Source: a virus (Duplodnaviria; Caudoviricetes). Taken from it: a DNA stretch of 64,000 bases. The notes under the pieces are model-generated. The model made no database searches. It was not told the origin of the DNA and saw only the letters and a list, made by a program, of their open reading frames with translations. The DNA lies in IMG/VR virus record IMGVR_UViG_3300028048_000121, positions 17,751 through 81,750 of that record. The stretch is one strand, 5' to 3'. Shown piece after piece: positions 11,426-23,281 of this stretch; positions within the stretch are counted from its first letter, which is position 1; each line of letters begins with the position of its first letter. The position numbers and the translations under genes were made by a program.

Positions 11426-12499
11426 ATGCCGACACCTTAGATTTCGAAGATCACATTACCAAGTGGTCAAACTTATTTTATAAAAGATGCAGAAGCAAGA
11501 TCTCAAATACAGGCTTTAGTTGGCGGTGATGCAGTTGTTTTTATGGGAGTTTCTACTACAGAAATTACAGATGGAGGAAGTGAAATTCCAACTATAGGAG
11601 GAGAAGTAGTTACTCCAGCTACTGGTCAATTATTCTTTTATGGAACAGAATAGTTTGTTTGGGGGCCAGATGGAACTTGGCATGAATTGGGAAGTTTAGA
11701 TTCTTTAGGAGCTTTAGCTTATAAAGATTCTGCTACTGGCAATTATACTCCTTCAGGAACTGTTTCTCAACCAACTTTTACTGGTACGAGTAGTACAGTA
11801 ACAATTACCGCAGAAAATAATAATTCTGGGAATTATCAACCAGCGGGGACTATTTCCGGTGGTGCCTTCACTGGTTCTAATACTACTTTTACTGGAAAAT
11901 TTACCCCTTCGGGAAATATAACTACAACTACAGCAACTACTGAAAATAAAACAGCTACAGTGAGTAAAGCAGCTTCTGGCACTGCAACATATACTCCTTA
12001 GGGATCTGTTGAAGCACCCACTATTTCAGTAAAAACAGCTGGTTCTACAACAACTGTTAAAAATCCAACTTCTGTGACTGTAGCAAAAACTGTTATTGCG
12101 GCTGCTCCTGGGACAACAGCTCCTGATAATTCTTTAACTTATTATTCTGTTAGTAATGAAACTTTAAGTTTATATCAATTAGGATATACAACTGGAGATT
12201 CTATTACAACAAATAACGTAACTGTAAAAACTGGAGATGCTGCATATGAAGCTACCGCACCAACTTTTACAGGAACTGGCGCTAGATTGGTAACTGACAA
12301 TATAGTCGTGCCAAAAACTTATACTAGTACTTTTAATGGTACAGAGGGGAATGTTAGTACAAGTGGTACGCCAAATGGTAGTAATAGTAGTATATCATTT
12401 ACTGGAACTAAAGTTCAAATTTCTGGTACGACAACTGCAAATGGTACAGTTTCTCAACCAACATTTACTGGAACACAAGATTCGGTTACTGTATCGTAA
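11426..12499 (+). CDS. Thr/Gly-rich fibre-like protein with GTVSQPTFTGT repeats (3 TAG)
   Basis: Joins ORFs 11687 and 12074 in one frame from ATG 11426 with SD. Confidence 0.7.
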
Positions 12500-12514
12500 T
12501 AAAGGAGGTATCAC

Positions 12515-13144
12515 ATGGCTGATATTTCCAAAATCATACTCCCAAATGGAGATGAATACAATTTAAAAGATTCGACCAGTGGTTATATTACTGGGATGAC
12601 AATACTTTCATATGGAAGTAGTACATGGGCTGATTTTCTTACCGCATATAATGCAAAAAAAGTAGTTTATTGTAGAGCATCATCAAACGCAAATCCAGCA
12701 ACTGGTTCTCAGACAAGACTCGCATTCATGGCGTATGTTAATAATGCTACAACTCCTACTGAAGTTGAATTCCAGTATTATAGGTCTATGTCATCTCACA
12801 GTGCTACACAGCAGGGCGATCAAGTGTATGTTTATAAACTTACATCAGCAAACAAGTGGACTGTTACTGTTAGAGAATCATATACAAAAATTATCGCGGG
12901 GTCTGGACTTTCAAGTTCATACGCCAATAGTGCTATAACACTTAGCACAACTCATACTGTTAACACCGATGTACCTGCAAATGCTCATTTTATGGAAGTT
13001 TCTTCAACACAACCTTCAAATCAAGCTACAGGAGATTATTGGTTTGTATTAGAAGAAAATATAACATCTGATTATCAATAGGTATCTAATACTTATGGGG
13101 GTAATACAGCATATATATCAAGTACAGTTTAGGAGGGGGAATAA
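12515..13144 (+). CDS. Fibre-associated structural protein (TAG read-through)
   Basis: MADISKIILPNG start resembles the previous gene; reading through two TAGs ends at TAA overlapping the next ATG (TAATG). Confidence 0.65.
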
Positions 13145-13383
13145 TGGCTTTAAACAAAATAATATATAAAGATAGAACCCTCATAGATTTAACTAATACT
13201 ACAGCTGTAGAATCAGATGTTTTTTCAGGAAAAATTTTCCATAAAGCAGATGGAACAACCGCAGTTGGAACTGGCGGTGGATCATTAAAATTATATTTAA
13301 AACATTCAGCTGGACAATTTACCCCTCCAGCTGGATGCTCTTAGGTTACAGTTGGTGAAATTGGTTTTATTATTGAAAAATAA
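13144..13383 (+). CDS. Small fibre-type protein
   Basis: NKIIYKDRTLIDLT..TAVESDV..GKIFHKADG motif; one TAG; TAA 13381. Confidence 0.55.
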
Positions 13384-13403
13384 CTTTTCTGGAGGGTAAA
13401 AAT

Positions 13404-13754
13404 GTGATTTTAAAATATAATATAAAAATACTTGATGAAGATATTTCTAATAGATTACAAAATCTTATAAATCAAGTATATAAGCTTTTACCAATCAGAG
13501 AAGAATAGGAAGATTGGGAAAAGCCTTTAGAAACAATATTGGAATAGCTTGCTGGGATGCAAAGATTAATGAATAATAATTATTCAGAAATTTTTTTTCC
13601 ATTATTAAGTAAGCTAGAAGGACTTTATTCATTAATTGATGATGAAGATTTTTCTTGTTATAGAAGGACAATTTTTGAATGTTTAGGATTGATGAATGAG
13701 TTGCAAAAAGTAATAATTTGTAAAGGAGATGTAAAATGTCCTTAGAATTATTAA
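13404..13754 (+). CDS. Hypothetical neck-region protein (TAG read-through)
   Basis: GTG after GGAGG; YKLLP..EE, FEC motifs; same frame as track ORF 13557. Confidence 0.55.
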
Positions 13755-14722
13755 ATAAAAGATTGCAATATCAAGGCGGGAATCAAGAACAAAGATTTAT
13801 CAATGATAAATTAAGAAGTTTAAAAAGAGCTTTATTATATTCCTACCAAGCTGCCACGGCAATTTTATCAGATGGAAAAGAATTTAGATGTTTAATTAAT
13901 CCAGATAAAAACAAGCCTGCTTATGATAATAAAATTATTTCTATTCCATATAAAGACATTTGTTTAAATGCTCCAAGAATTGGAAAAACTTCATAGGGTG
14001 AAATTGATATAAATATAAAAACAGGTGATGTTTTTACTTGGAAATAGACAAATACACATTGGTTAGTATATTTATAGTATATAGAAGAAGATGCTTATTT
14101 TAGGTCAGAAATTCGTAGATGCGATCAAGAAATAAAAATTGGAAATAATTCTTATTGGGTTTATATTCGTGGTCCTGTTGAAACGTCTATTGAATGGACT
14201 CAAAAATCTGGTATTGAATGGAATACTTTAAATTATTCATTGGTTATGTACATTACCGCTGATGAAAATACTAATAATTATTTTGAAAGATTTAAAACAG
14301 TAAAAGTTTTAGACCCAAGATATAATACAGAAAAAACTTGGCAAGTTGTTGGCGTAGATCCATATTATGGCGATGGAATTATTCAAGTGTTTTTAGATGA
14401 ATATTTTGAAAATTCAATAGCTGATGCGGTTTAGACTGAAAATTCTACAAATACTAGTGAACAAGATCCTATAGATGCGGCAGCCGCTTACATTGATGGA
14501 CCCACTACTGTTTAGAGATACAGTAAAGCATATTATGAAATTCATAATGCTGAAAATGGACATTGGTATTTAAAATGGGATAATAAAGAACAAGATTTAA
14601 AGAGTTCCTTAAAAATTATTCCATTGAGTATTACTATTGATAAGGTTGGAACTTTTACTTTAATATATAGAGTTGATGGATAGGATGATATTACATTAGA
14701 TGTAAAAGTCATTGCTATATAA
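13736..14722 (+). CDS. Putative head-closure/neck protein (TAG read-through)
   Basis: Joins ORFs 13736 and 14240; ends TAA 14720-14722. Confidence 0.6.
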
Positions 14723-14747
14723 GAGATAAAAGGAGTAGACAAAACAT

Positions 14748-15350
14748 ATGAAAAAAGATTTGGCTTTAAGACCAGTTGATTTTACTTCATCATTTTTATC
14801 TTGTGAAAAAGATTTAGAAGAAATTTTACGAAGACTTTTTATAGAAAGTCAACCATATAGTGATGAGTTAAAAAAATTATTGGTAATTAATACAAAAGAT
14901 TGTTTAGATAATAAAACAAGTGAAGTATATAAAAATGCAATAAAAGATATGAGTTTAGCAAAATTACGAGATGATGGTTATATTAAATTTGAACCTAAAG
15001 TAAAAATGCCTGAACATGAAGAAATTAAAAGTTATTTAATTTTTTCTTTTGACAATTTTACTACTAATCAAAATAATCCAGAATTTCGTGATTGCAATGT
15101 TTATATTGATATATTATGTCATACAGATTGTTGGGATCTTGGTAATTTTAGAATTAGACCTTTAAAGATAGCTGGCTATATTGACGGTATTTTAAATAAG
15201 GCTAGACTATCTGGAATAGGAACTTTCCAATTCACGGGGTGTAATGAATTAGTCCTTGATGAAACTTTATCTGGTTATACTTTATCATATTCTGCAATTC
15301 ATGGAACAGATGATGTTTTGCCAAGTTCTCATGACTGGATAGAAAGATGA
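14748..15350 (+). CDS. Putative tail terminator/completion protein
   Basis: Position before tail tube; DILCH.DCW...RPLKIAGYIDGIL. Confidence 0.55.
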   Translation: MKKDLALRPVDFTSSFLSCEKDLEEILRRLFIESQPYSDELKKLLVINTKDCLDNKTSEVYKNAIKDMSLAKLRDDGYIKFEPKVKMPEHEEIKSYLIFSFDNFTTNQNNPEFRDCNVYIDILCHTDCWDLGNFRIRPLKIAGYIDGILNKARLSGIGTFQFTGCNELVLDETLSGYTLSYSAIHGTDDVLPSSHDWIER

Positions 15351-16087
15351 AAAATATTGATGATTTGCTTTTATTATCTGGTAACGATCTTCCTTTTTTA
15401 GAAGCAAGATTAACAATTCATCAACCGCGTATAAAAGAAATAGCTTATATTACTGAAGGGCATTTTTGGTCTGCATGTGAATTATTAAAATTTGATAAAG
15501 AAATTTTACCAGATTAGGACAAAGTTGATTTATTAAATAAGTCAAATTTTAATATAATAATGATGATGATACAAGAAAAAAGTTTGGAATCTCAACAAGC
15601 TCAATTAAATCTTGTATCTCTTCTTGCATTATTATTTCCAACAGATAAAATTTTGTTGAATAATAAGACAATTCAATTACAAAATTATTAGACTAATGAA
15701 ATTAAAGAAATTAATGAAGAAAATTTTGAAAGTTTTAAGGAAATTGTAATTAATATGTTTTGTCTTACTAGCAAGGAAAATAAATAGTATAATCCAGATG
15801 GTGCTTTAGCTAAGAAGATTGCAAATCAGCTTAAAAAAGGAAGATAGAAAAAGGCGAAGCTGGCGCCGCAAACTAAAATTTCTATTTTAAGTAGGTATGT
15901 ATCTATTCTTGCTGTTGGAGAACAAAAAGATATAAATATTTTAATGAATTATACTGTTTATCAATTAATGGATGAATTTAACCGATATATGTTAAAAATG
16001 CATTATGACGCTTGGGAAAAATATAGAATTGCGGGAGCGACTGGTATGGAAGATCCTGAAGATTGGTTAAAAGATATCCATGAGTAA
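15347..16087 (+). CDS. Hypothetical tail-assembly protein (TAG read-through; absent from track)
   Basis: ATGA overlap with the upstream gene; IHQPRIKEIAY, YTVYQLMDEFNRY; ends TAA. Confidence 0.6.
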
Positions 16088-16141
16088 AAAATTAAATTGA
16101 AACAATAAATATTTTGTACAAAATATAAGGAGGAAATCCAA

Positions 16142-17152
16142 ATGAAATTTGGTGTACGTGAAATTGCTAATGTAGTGTTCAGAGCCAAAAATGAACAAAG
16201 AATTGGTAACCAGACTTTCGCAAAAGGTCAGCCAGTTTTTTATCTGGATACCGCAAAAACATCTTCTATGGAAGGTGCTGCAACCACTGTTTATGCTACT
16301 GGTGGTCGTGGTAATACTCGTTTAATTGCTTGGGAAGGTGAGAAAACTTTAACTTTCACAGTTGAAGATGCTCTTCTTTCTCCTATTAGTTTTGCTATGT
16401 TATCTGGTGCTGGAGTTATTAAGGGTGCGGCTGATTCCACTAAAGAAGTTCACTTCCATCAGACAACTAATGCTGTTATTGGTGCTGCTACTGGCGGTGG
16501 ACTTGAAATTGATTTAAATGACGCTTTGGAGTCTACTGAAAAGATTTGCCCAACTGCTCCAATTTATATTATGAAACTTGATTCTTATGGTGATTTAACT
16601 GGTGAAGTTCTTTCTGGATGGAGTGTTGATAGCACTGGTAAGAAATTAACTCATGGTAATGTTGCTGGTCTTACTGGCGCAGTCATGGTTGACTATTATG
16701 TACTCAAGAAAGAAGGAACTGTTTCCGAACTTCAGATCGATGCAGAACACTTTGGTGGATACTACTATGTAGAAGCAGATACTCTGTTCAGACGTCAGTC
16801 TGATGGTAAAGATTTACCTGCTAACCTTACATTCCCGAATGTTAAGATTCAGTCTAACTTTACTTTCTCTATGGCTTCTACTGGTGATCCAAGTACCTTT
16901 ACATTTACTATGGACGTGTTCCCTGGATATACATACTTCAATAAGACTAATAAAGTTCTTTGTGCTATCCAGGTTGTTGATGATGCAACAGAAGCTAAGT
17001 ATGAAGCTAAACCTTTGTTCCCACATCCAACTGGCTTCATGATTGAGGAATCTATTCCGAGAGTTGAAACCGATGGTACTGTGACCAGATATGGTGATTC
17101 TGTCGACGGTGCAGATGATGAATACGAGGGCGATACCCCAACGCAGGGTTGA
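16142..17152 (+). CDS. Major tail (tube) protein
   Basis: MKFGVREI, ATGGRGN..LIAWEGEKT, MASTGDPSTFTFTMD; strong SD; TAG-free; followed by a terminator. Confidence 0.75.
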   Translation: MKFGVREIANVVFRAKNEQRIGNQTFAKGQPVFYLDTAKTSSMEGAATTVYATGGRGNTRLIAWEGEKTLTFTVEDALLSPISFAMLSGAGVIKGAADSTKEVHFHQTTNAVIGAATGGGLEIDLNDALESTEKICPTAPIYIMKLDSYGDLTGEVLSGWSVDSTGKKLTHGNVAGLTGAVMVDYYVLKKEGTVSELQIDAEHFGGYYYVEADTLFRRQSDGKDLPANLTFPNVKIQSNFTFSMASTGDPSTFTFTMDVFPGYTYFNKTNKVLCAIQVVDDATEAKYEAKPLFPHPTGFMIEESIPRVETDGTVTRYGDSVDGADDEYEGDTPTQG

Positions 17153-17172
17153 TGATTAATTAAAATAAAATA

Positions 17173-17205
17173 GGGAGGGTTATTATATAATCCTCCCATT
17201 TTTTT
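17173..17205 (+). terminator. Rho-independent terminator
   Basis: GGGAGGGTTAT-TAT-ATAATCCTCCC followed by a T-run. Confidence 0.7.
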
Positions 17206-17229
17206 ATTAGATTGGTGGTATATAGAAAC

Positions 17230-18462
17230 ATGGAAGCAACTATTTATCATGATCATGAAGAAAATAGAAAAGTTATTTTTTCAGGTATTCAATCAAAAAT
17301 AAAAAATGGATTATAGTAGGATGGATTAAATTATTATACTAATATGACAAAAGATTAGATAGAAAAAAGATTAATTGATTATAAAACTGGTTTTTTAGAT
17401 TATAAAAATAAATTATCAAATACAGACAGTATTTAGGAATATTTTAATGCATATTAGTATATTTTATAGTTTAGAAAATTTATTTTAGGAAATTTAGGAG
17501 AAATTAATTACACTTTTGTTATTAGAACAAATACAAAAGATTTTGTTAATATTCAAACTCTTACATTGGGGTCAGCATCTTTTATAGATTTAATAAAAAA
17601 TTAGTCTGGAGTTATTACTGGTTTAAAGAGAGATGGAGATAATATTAGAATTTCTGGAATTATTCCTAAATTAAGAGAATTAATTGTATCTATACAAGGA
17701 CAAGGAATGCAAATAAAAATTTCTCAAAATTGTAGCTCTTTCGTTTTAACTAATGATAGACTAGGTACTCGACAAGAGTTTTCAAATGGAAAATTATTTA
17801 AATCATATATTTAGACTTTACAAAGACATCAAAATGCTGGAAAATGGTATGATTTTGAATTAAAAATTAATAAAGATAATTCTACTGAGAGTGAGACTAA
17901 AGTTTTTAGTATTGAAATACTAAATGTGCATAATAGTCCTAAATCTTCTAGTATTTTTTCTGCAATAGGAAAATATTTTACTGATGAGACAATTGCTAAA
18001 AAAAATATTGCTAATTTAGCTAATATAAGTATAGATTCTAATATGCCAAATGCAGGTAATTTAACTGAATTATATATTCTTGCTAAGGCAAGATTAAATA
18101 ATGGACAAAATAATTTTTATCATCCTCGTAGACAACCTGTAAAAGGATAGGATCTTTTTGCATTATACAAATAGGTAAAAAGTAATACTAATCCTTTTTA
18201 TTCTGGTGGTGACTTTTTAATGAATCAAATAAAAAGTTTTCTTGGTTCCAATCCATCTTTAACTAGTTATAAAACAATAAGAAAATCAATTGAGAATTTT
18301 TATAATGCATTAAATTCTACAAATACATAGACAATAAAAGAATCTCTATCAAAATTATTATTACAAAAATCATCTACTTAGAATACTATTACTGAGATTT
18401 AGAAAGATTTAAGTAATGACATAGCAAATGCTTTTGAGCAATTTTTTAGTAAATTACAATAA
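17230..18462 (+). CDS. Hypothetical protein, about 410 aa, very TAG-rich
   Basis: Frame is open for 1.2 kb except for about 13 TAG, including tandem TAGTAG at 17314; ends TAA. Confidence 0.65.
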
Positions 18463-18494
18463 TTTTTTATTTAGAGTTAAAAGGAGAATTAAAT

Positions 18495-19049
18495 ATGAAA
18501 GTATCTTATGCAAATATGAAGTTAAAAGTTAATACTTCTGTGAAAACTTTTGATTTTGGCGGGCAGAAGGTAGAAGTCCTTCAGTATCTTCCCGCACAGG
18601 ATAAGTATGATTTGTTAATGGTAACATTACAAAAGTCAATGGAGAATGGTGCTTATAATGAATTTAAATTAAATTTATATTTTGAATTAAACTTAGTGTA
18701 TATGTATACAAATATTTCATTCACTGAAAAGCAAAGAGAAGATGAATTTAAGTTATATGATACATTAAAAAGTAATGGATTTTATGAACCATTTTTCCAA
18801 GCAATAAATGAAGATGAATATAATGAACTTTTTGCACAACTTAATGCTATTAAGGAAGCAAGTTCTGCACATAGAATGAGTGCGGGGGCGTTGATTAGTT
18901 AGTTAATTGATGACCTACCTGCAAATGCGGAAGCTGCTGCTAAGATTGTTGAAAACTTTGATCCAAAGCAATTCAAAGCAGTTGTTGATTTTGCCACATA
19001 TGCAAATGGTGGTAGAAATATTAAAACAAATTTACCAATGAGTGAATAA
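18495..19049 (+). CDS. Conserved phage protein, possible tail chaperone (1 TAG)
   Basis: SD AAGGAG; EVLQYLP, YTNISFTEKQ; extends past TAG 18900 to TAA. Confidence 0.6.
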
Positions 19050-19091
19050 AAAAGAGGGCAGATGATTTAATCATCTGCCCTTTATTTTTTT
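19050..19091. terminator. Bidirectional terminator at the convergence of the late and replication modules
   Basis: A-run, AGGGCAGATGATT-T-AATCATCTGCCCT, T-run. Confidence 0.8.
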
Positions 19092-19092
19092 A

Positions 19093-19533
19093 TTAAAATT
19101 TCCCAGAGTCCCCAAAACCCGAACTACCGCGTTCTGTGTTAGAAAGTTCATTTACTTCATTGAATTTCATTTCAATATATGGAAGAAGAATCATTTGAGC
19201 AATTCTTTCTCCAGGCTCAATGCTTTGCATTTCATCAGTATCGTTGTGAAGTGCGACAATATATTCTCCTCGATAATCTGAATCACAGATACCAGTACAA
19301 TTTGCGGGGCGAAGACCGCGTTTAGTAGCAATACCTGACCGCGCATATATTGCTGCAAAAGTTCCTTCTGGTAATTCAAAAGAAAGACCTGTTCCAACTT
19401 TTATAGTAGAATGAGGCGCAATATCAAGAATCTAGTTGGTTGCCGCATATAAATCATAACCCGCCGCGTCTGAAGAACCCCTTGTTGGAAGTTTTGCAAA
19501 TTCATTTAATTTTTTAACTTTGATATTTGCCAT
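19093..19533 (-). CDS. dut: Trimeric dUTPase (1 TAG; absent from track)
   Basis: AAGYDL, ARSGIA, CDSDYRGE, RIAQM, RGSSGFGDSG motifs I-V. Confidence 0.9.
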
Positions 19534-19535
19534 TA

Positions 19536-19781
19536 TTAGTCTACCTCATAATTAATAGTTACCGTAGAATCGGGTTCTTTAATATTATTAAAAATTTTTG
19601 TTAAAGAAAGTTTCCAATATTCATCAATAACTTCGCCTTTTGATTTTTGCTCTTTGTGTTCACTAGTATATTTTCCAAGAACATAAGATTTATCTGCTTT
19701 GGCTTCTTCAATGGCTCTTGTTGCTTCTGCTTCTGTATCAACTCTATAGGTTTCTACTGTACTAACTAAATATTTTGACAT
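19536..19781 (-). CDS. Hypothetical protein
   Basis: Intact ORF with SD. Confidence 0.6.
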   Translation of the reverse strand: MSKYLVSTVETYRVDTEAEATRAIEEAKADKSYVLGKYTSEHKEQKSKGEVIDEYWKLSLTKIFNNIKEPDSTVTINYEVD

Positions 19782-19800
19782 CCTTTTATCTCCTTTATTT

Positions 19801-20061
19801 TTAAATACATTTAATAATTAATTTATTTTCATTGTATTTAGTAATTTCTTTTTCTTGAATTTGTTTAATCAATCCTTTTGTAAAATGCTGCGCTCCAGAT
19901 AAATCAACTTGATAAACATCATAAGTTTGAGACAATTCAAAAATAGTATCTGGTATATCTTTTACTTTTGTTTGGACTACTTCAAGTTTATTTCCATCCT
20001 AATAGACATAGAAAGTTTGATATATATCAAAAGGATGAATAATTCCAATAATTTTCTTCAT
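19801..20061 (-). CDS. Hypothetical protein (1 TAG)
   Basis: MKKIIGIIHPFD...YVY*DGNK; SD AAGGAG; fills the gap between neighbours. Confidence 0.6.
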
Positions 20062-20078
20062 AAAAAATTAACTCCTTT

Positions 20079-20468
20079 TTAACATTGGATTACCCAATCA
20101 TCACAATTAAATAAATAATAAGCAAAAGCTTCTCCATCAATATTTAGCCAAATTTCCCAAGCATTATTAATAATGTTGGAGTCTTTTTCAATAGAAAGAA
20201 TATTTCCTCTATTTTTAAGTAAATCAATAAGTTCTGTTACTGCAATTTCACAAGGATTAGAATTTTGTTTTTCATACAAATGAAATATTGTAAAATCATG
20301 TCTTTCACGACAGAGCAGCATAGCATAACCATCTATTTGCCAATTAAACCATTCTTCAAGTTCTGGTTTAATTGAATTAATTTTTGATTTACTAAGTTTA
20401 TTTTCTTTTGACATTATTTGCTTATTAAAATCATAAAGGGTTCCAAGTGAAACATTATTACTATTCAT
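20079..20468 (-). CDS. Hypothetical protein
   Basis: Likely start at MNSNN after AAAGGAA. Confidence 0.55.
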   Translation of the reverse strand: MNSNNVSLGTLYDFNKQIMSKENKLSKSKINSIKPELEEWFNWQIDGYAMLLCRERHDFTIFHLYEKQNSNPCEIAVTELIDLLKNRGNILSIEKDSNIINNAWEIWLNIDGEAFAYYLFNCDDWVIQC

Positions 20469-20596
20469 TATTAAGTTCCTTTTCTTTAGCTTCTTTAACT
20501 GTTTTATATTGTGGATTATAATCTTGTCTATTGCAAATTTCATAATCACACATAATACAACCATTTTCTATAGTGCAATATTTCATATTTTATACC

Positions 20597-21076
20597 TTAA
20601 CTAATTTTTTCTGCATATTGATTATCTGATGATAATTTTACACCTAATATTGAATCGAGATGAGGTTCTTGATTCGGAATGTATCTTCCATATTTAATAA
20701 TAATATTTTCATATTGTTCAATATATTTTATAAACCAATTAATTTCTTCTTTTGTGTATCCTGTATAAATTACTATATCATCTAAACATTTATATTTTAC
20801 ACGAAGCCAAAGTATTAAATTCATAACATCAGAAAAAGAATCAAAAGGCTCTAATCCTTGCATTACAATTGCTTTTGTAATAGGATTATTAATATATCTA
20901 GTTAATAATTTATCATAATCTATTTCAATATTAGGTTCATTAACTAAATCACTATTTTGACATACTTGTTGCCCGCATTCCTTATCACACTTAAAAGTGC
21001 AATAAGGAAATTCAATTACCATTGCGGGCTTTTTATAATTTACAAAATCTTCATCAATTAATCCTTTAACTATCAT
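20597..21076 (-). CDS. nrdG: Anaerobic ribonucleotide reductase activase (radical SAM-like)
   Basis: CTFKC...C, GLEPF, IVIYTGY, KYGRY, SDNQ; adjacent to nrdD. Confidence 0.85.
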   Translation of the reverse strand: MIVKGLIDEDFVNYKKPAMVIEFPYCTFKCDKECGQQVCQNSDLVNEPNIEIDYDKLLTRYINNPITKAIVMQGLEPFDSFSDVMNLILWLRVKYKCLDDIVIYTGYTKEEINWFIKYIEQYENIIIKYGRYIPNQEPHLDSILGVKLSSDNQYAEKIS

Positions 21077-22994
21077 TTACTTTTTCCCATCTTCTCATAT
21101 TATACTCTAATTTTCTTTGAGTAGACCATGATTTTATTGGAGTATAAAAACCAACAATTCTTGTATATTCAGTTTCTATTGCTTTCCCGCAAACTGGACA
21201 GGTAGTTCCATAGAAAGCATGATTATCTTCACAACTTTGGATTTTTGTATTAAACGCAAAATATGTGACACCTTGGTCTGCGATATATTTTACCATATTC
21301 CAAGCTTTATCAAAACTATCGAATGGAGCATCTATATTTGCATGTAAAATAGAACCTCCATTACAATAATGGTCAAATAAAGCTTGAATCTTAATTCTTT
21401 CTTGTAAAGTTGTTTTTATACCAAGAGGAATAAATTGATTTCCATAAAGTGGCAAATCATATATATTAGCATTTGGATAAAAGAATTTATCTTTTTTCAT
21501 TAGTTTATCTGCGGCTGTTTCTCCTGGAATTTGTTCAGTATTTATTTTATAATCAGCACCAATTTTTTCAATAAATGCATCTGCTGTTGAATGAATTACA
21601 TCAAAAATTTTTTCACCAAATTTAGAAGCTTCTTCTGTATAAAAAACATTACCAAATTCATCTTGTTTTGTATATCCAAAAGCTTTCATAGTTTCATAAA
21701 TACCTAAAAAACCAATTGTATTATATAAATGCTCAAAATCAATTAATTTATAACTATAATTAGGAAGAAGTCCTTTTTCAACATTTCTTTTAATAATATG
21801 TCTAACACAATCAAGAGCTTGTAAGCAAACAATTGTTCTTCTTTCAAGTTCTTTAAGATATTCTTCTTCTGAACTAGTATCTAATGCTAATCTTGCTAAA
21901 TTAATTGTATTTACTTTAACAGAACCAACTTTTAACGCAGTTCCACCAATAGAATTAAAATAACCAAGGTCTCTAACATTACTTTTTAATCTACAACAAT
22001 TAGAAAGGCTATTAACGCTATCATCAACAAATAAATTACTATCAGACCATTTCATATTATGTTTAATTGCCCATTTTGCAAAATCTTTATCTACAAAATC
22101 ATTATTTTGATATAATAAAGATATTGTACTAACAGGGAATGTCATCATATTTTCAGAACGAATATCTGACATGGTTTTCATATATAATTTTTGAAACTCA
22201 ATGATTTCATCTTCATAATCAATCATAAAAGTTCCATCAGGAAAAGTACTACCGCCAAATAATGCTTCAAAATATGGTCTATCAAATACAGATGTATTAG
22301 TAAATGCAGATTGAGATCCATCTCTTACATAAGGCTGATTTACTGCATAAATAAATCTTTGGAAATTTTGAACTGCATATCTTTCTGGATCGCCTTCCCA
22401 ATATTTATTATCAATATCTTTTTTCCAAAAATAATACATATATGGAATTAGATTAGGTAAACCGACCGCACCAGAAGTTCTATTACTATTGTATGAGATA
22501 AATTCTTTTACAAAATCAACAAAAGTACCTAAATGTTGCGGCGGTTTTGCATTAAAATTTTTTCCTAAGAAAAATAATCCTTTTTCCGCAACTTCTTTTA
22601 AATCATATGCAAAACAATAACTTTTAAATGTAGATGTATCAGAATCATGCATATATAATGCACCAATCCATTCTAATTTTAACCATTCATTTGCTGCCTT
22701 AAATCCGTACTTCTTTTGCATTTCATAATGAATTTTATTAAATGCTAAAAGTTTTCTATGAGATTTTGGCATTTCATTTAATAGTGTTACAATATCTTTA
22801 TGTGAAACATTTGAATTGCCATCAATACTAGCATCTGCCACTGTTGTTTCATTAATAAAATTACTAATAAAATCATTATATGATAACTGTTCATCTGCAA
22901 AACCATTAATTTTTGCAATCTCAGTTCCATATTCAGCTTGCAATCTGTTGTATGCTGTTGTAAAATTTTTATTTAATCTAATTGTAATATTCAA
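21066..22994 (-). CDS. nrdD: Class III anaerobic ribonucleotide reductase
   Basis: YCFAY, SNCCRL, CPVCG, TRIVGFY glycyl-radical loop. Confidence 0.92.
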   Translation of the reverse strand: MNITIRLNKNFTTAYNRLQAEYGTEIAKINGFADEQLSYNDFISNFINETTVADASIDGNSNVSHKDIVTLLNEMPKSHRKLLAFNKIHYEMQKKYGFKAANEWLKLEWIGALYMHDSDTSTFKSYCFAYDLKEVAEKGLFFLGKNFNAKPPQHLGTFVDFVKEFISYNSNRTSGAVGLPNLIPYMYYFWKKDIDNKYWEGDPERYAVQNFQRFIYAVNQPYVRDGSQSAFTNTSVFDRPYFEALFGGSTFPDGTFMIDYEDEIIEFQKLYMKTMSDIRSENMMTFPVSTISLLYQNNDFVDKDFAKWAIKHNMKWSDSNLFVDDSVNSLSNCCRLKSNVRDLGYFNSIGGTALKVGSVKVNTINLARLALDTSSEEEYLKELERRTIVCLQALDCVRHIIKRNVEKGLLPNYSYKLIDFEHLYNTIGFLGIYETMKAFGYTKQDEFGNVFYTEEASKFGEKIFDVIHSTADAFIEKIGADYKINTEQIPGETAADKLMKKDKFFYPNANIYDLPLYGNQFIPLGIKTTLQERIKIQALFDHYCNGGSILHANIDAPFDSFDKAWNMVKYIADQGVTYFAFNTKIQSCEDNHAFYGTTCPVCGKAIETEYTRIVGFYTPIKSWSTQRKLEYNMRRWEKVNDS

Positions 22995-22995
22995 T

Positions 22996-23196
22996 TTATT
23001 TTTGCTCCTTTATCCAATTTACAGCTTTAGAAAAATTTAAATATTGATCATTAACTTTTAAAATAGGAGCTTCCATAAATCCTAATTCAATAAGTTCATC
23101 TATATTATTTGATATTTCAAAATCTATATTAAGACTTTGAAGTTTTTGTTTTAGAACATTACATTTTGGGCAATTCGTTGAATATAATGTAATCAT
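22996..23196 (-). CDS. Glutaredoxin/NrdH-like protein
   Basis: CPKC and APIL motifs; adjacent to nrdD. Confidence 0.8.
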   Translation of the reverse strand: MITLYSTNCPKCNVLKQKLQSLNIDFEISNNIDELIELGFMEAPILKVNDQYLNFSKAVNWIKEQK

Positions 23197-23237
23197 AAAA
23201 AAACCTCCTGTTTTAGTAAAAATGATCTAAAGTTGTC

Positions 23238-23281
23238 TATATTATTTAAAATTATTTTAATAAGATTTATTATCTTTGACC
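23238..23281 (-). promoter_or_regulatory. Putative phage-specific promoter motif
   Basis: GGTCAAAG..TAA..TTTTA (position 35) upstream of the glutaredoxin-nrdDG-dut unit. Confidence 0.55.

Noticed and set aside
361-19049. Decayed prophage with many pseudogenes, or G->T sequencing damage creating stops
   Set aside because: The interruptions are exclusively TAG, with no frameshifts and no in-frame TAA although GAA is far more common than GAG; gene overlaps are intact.
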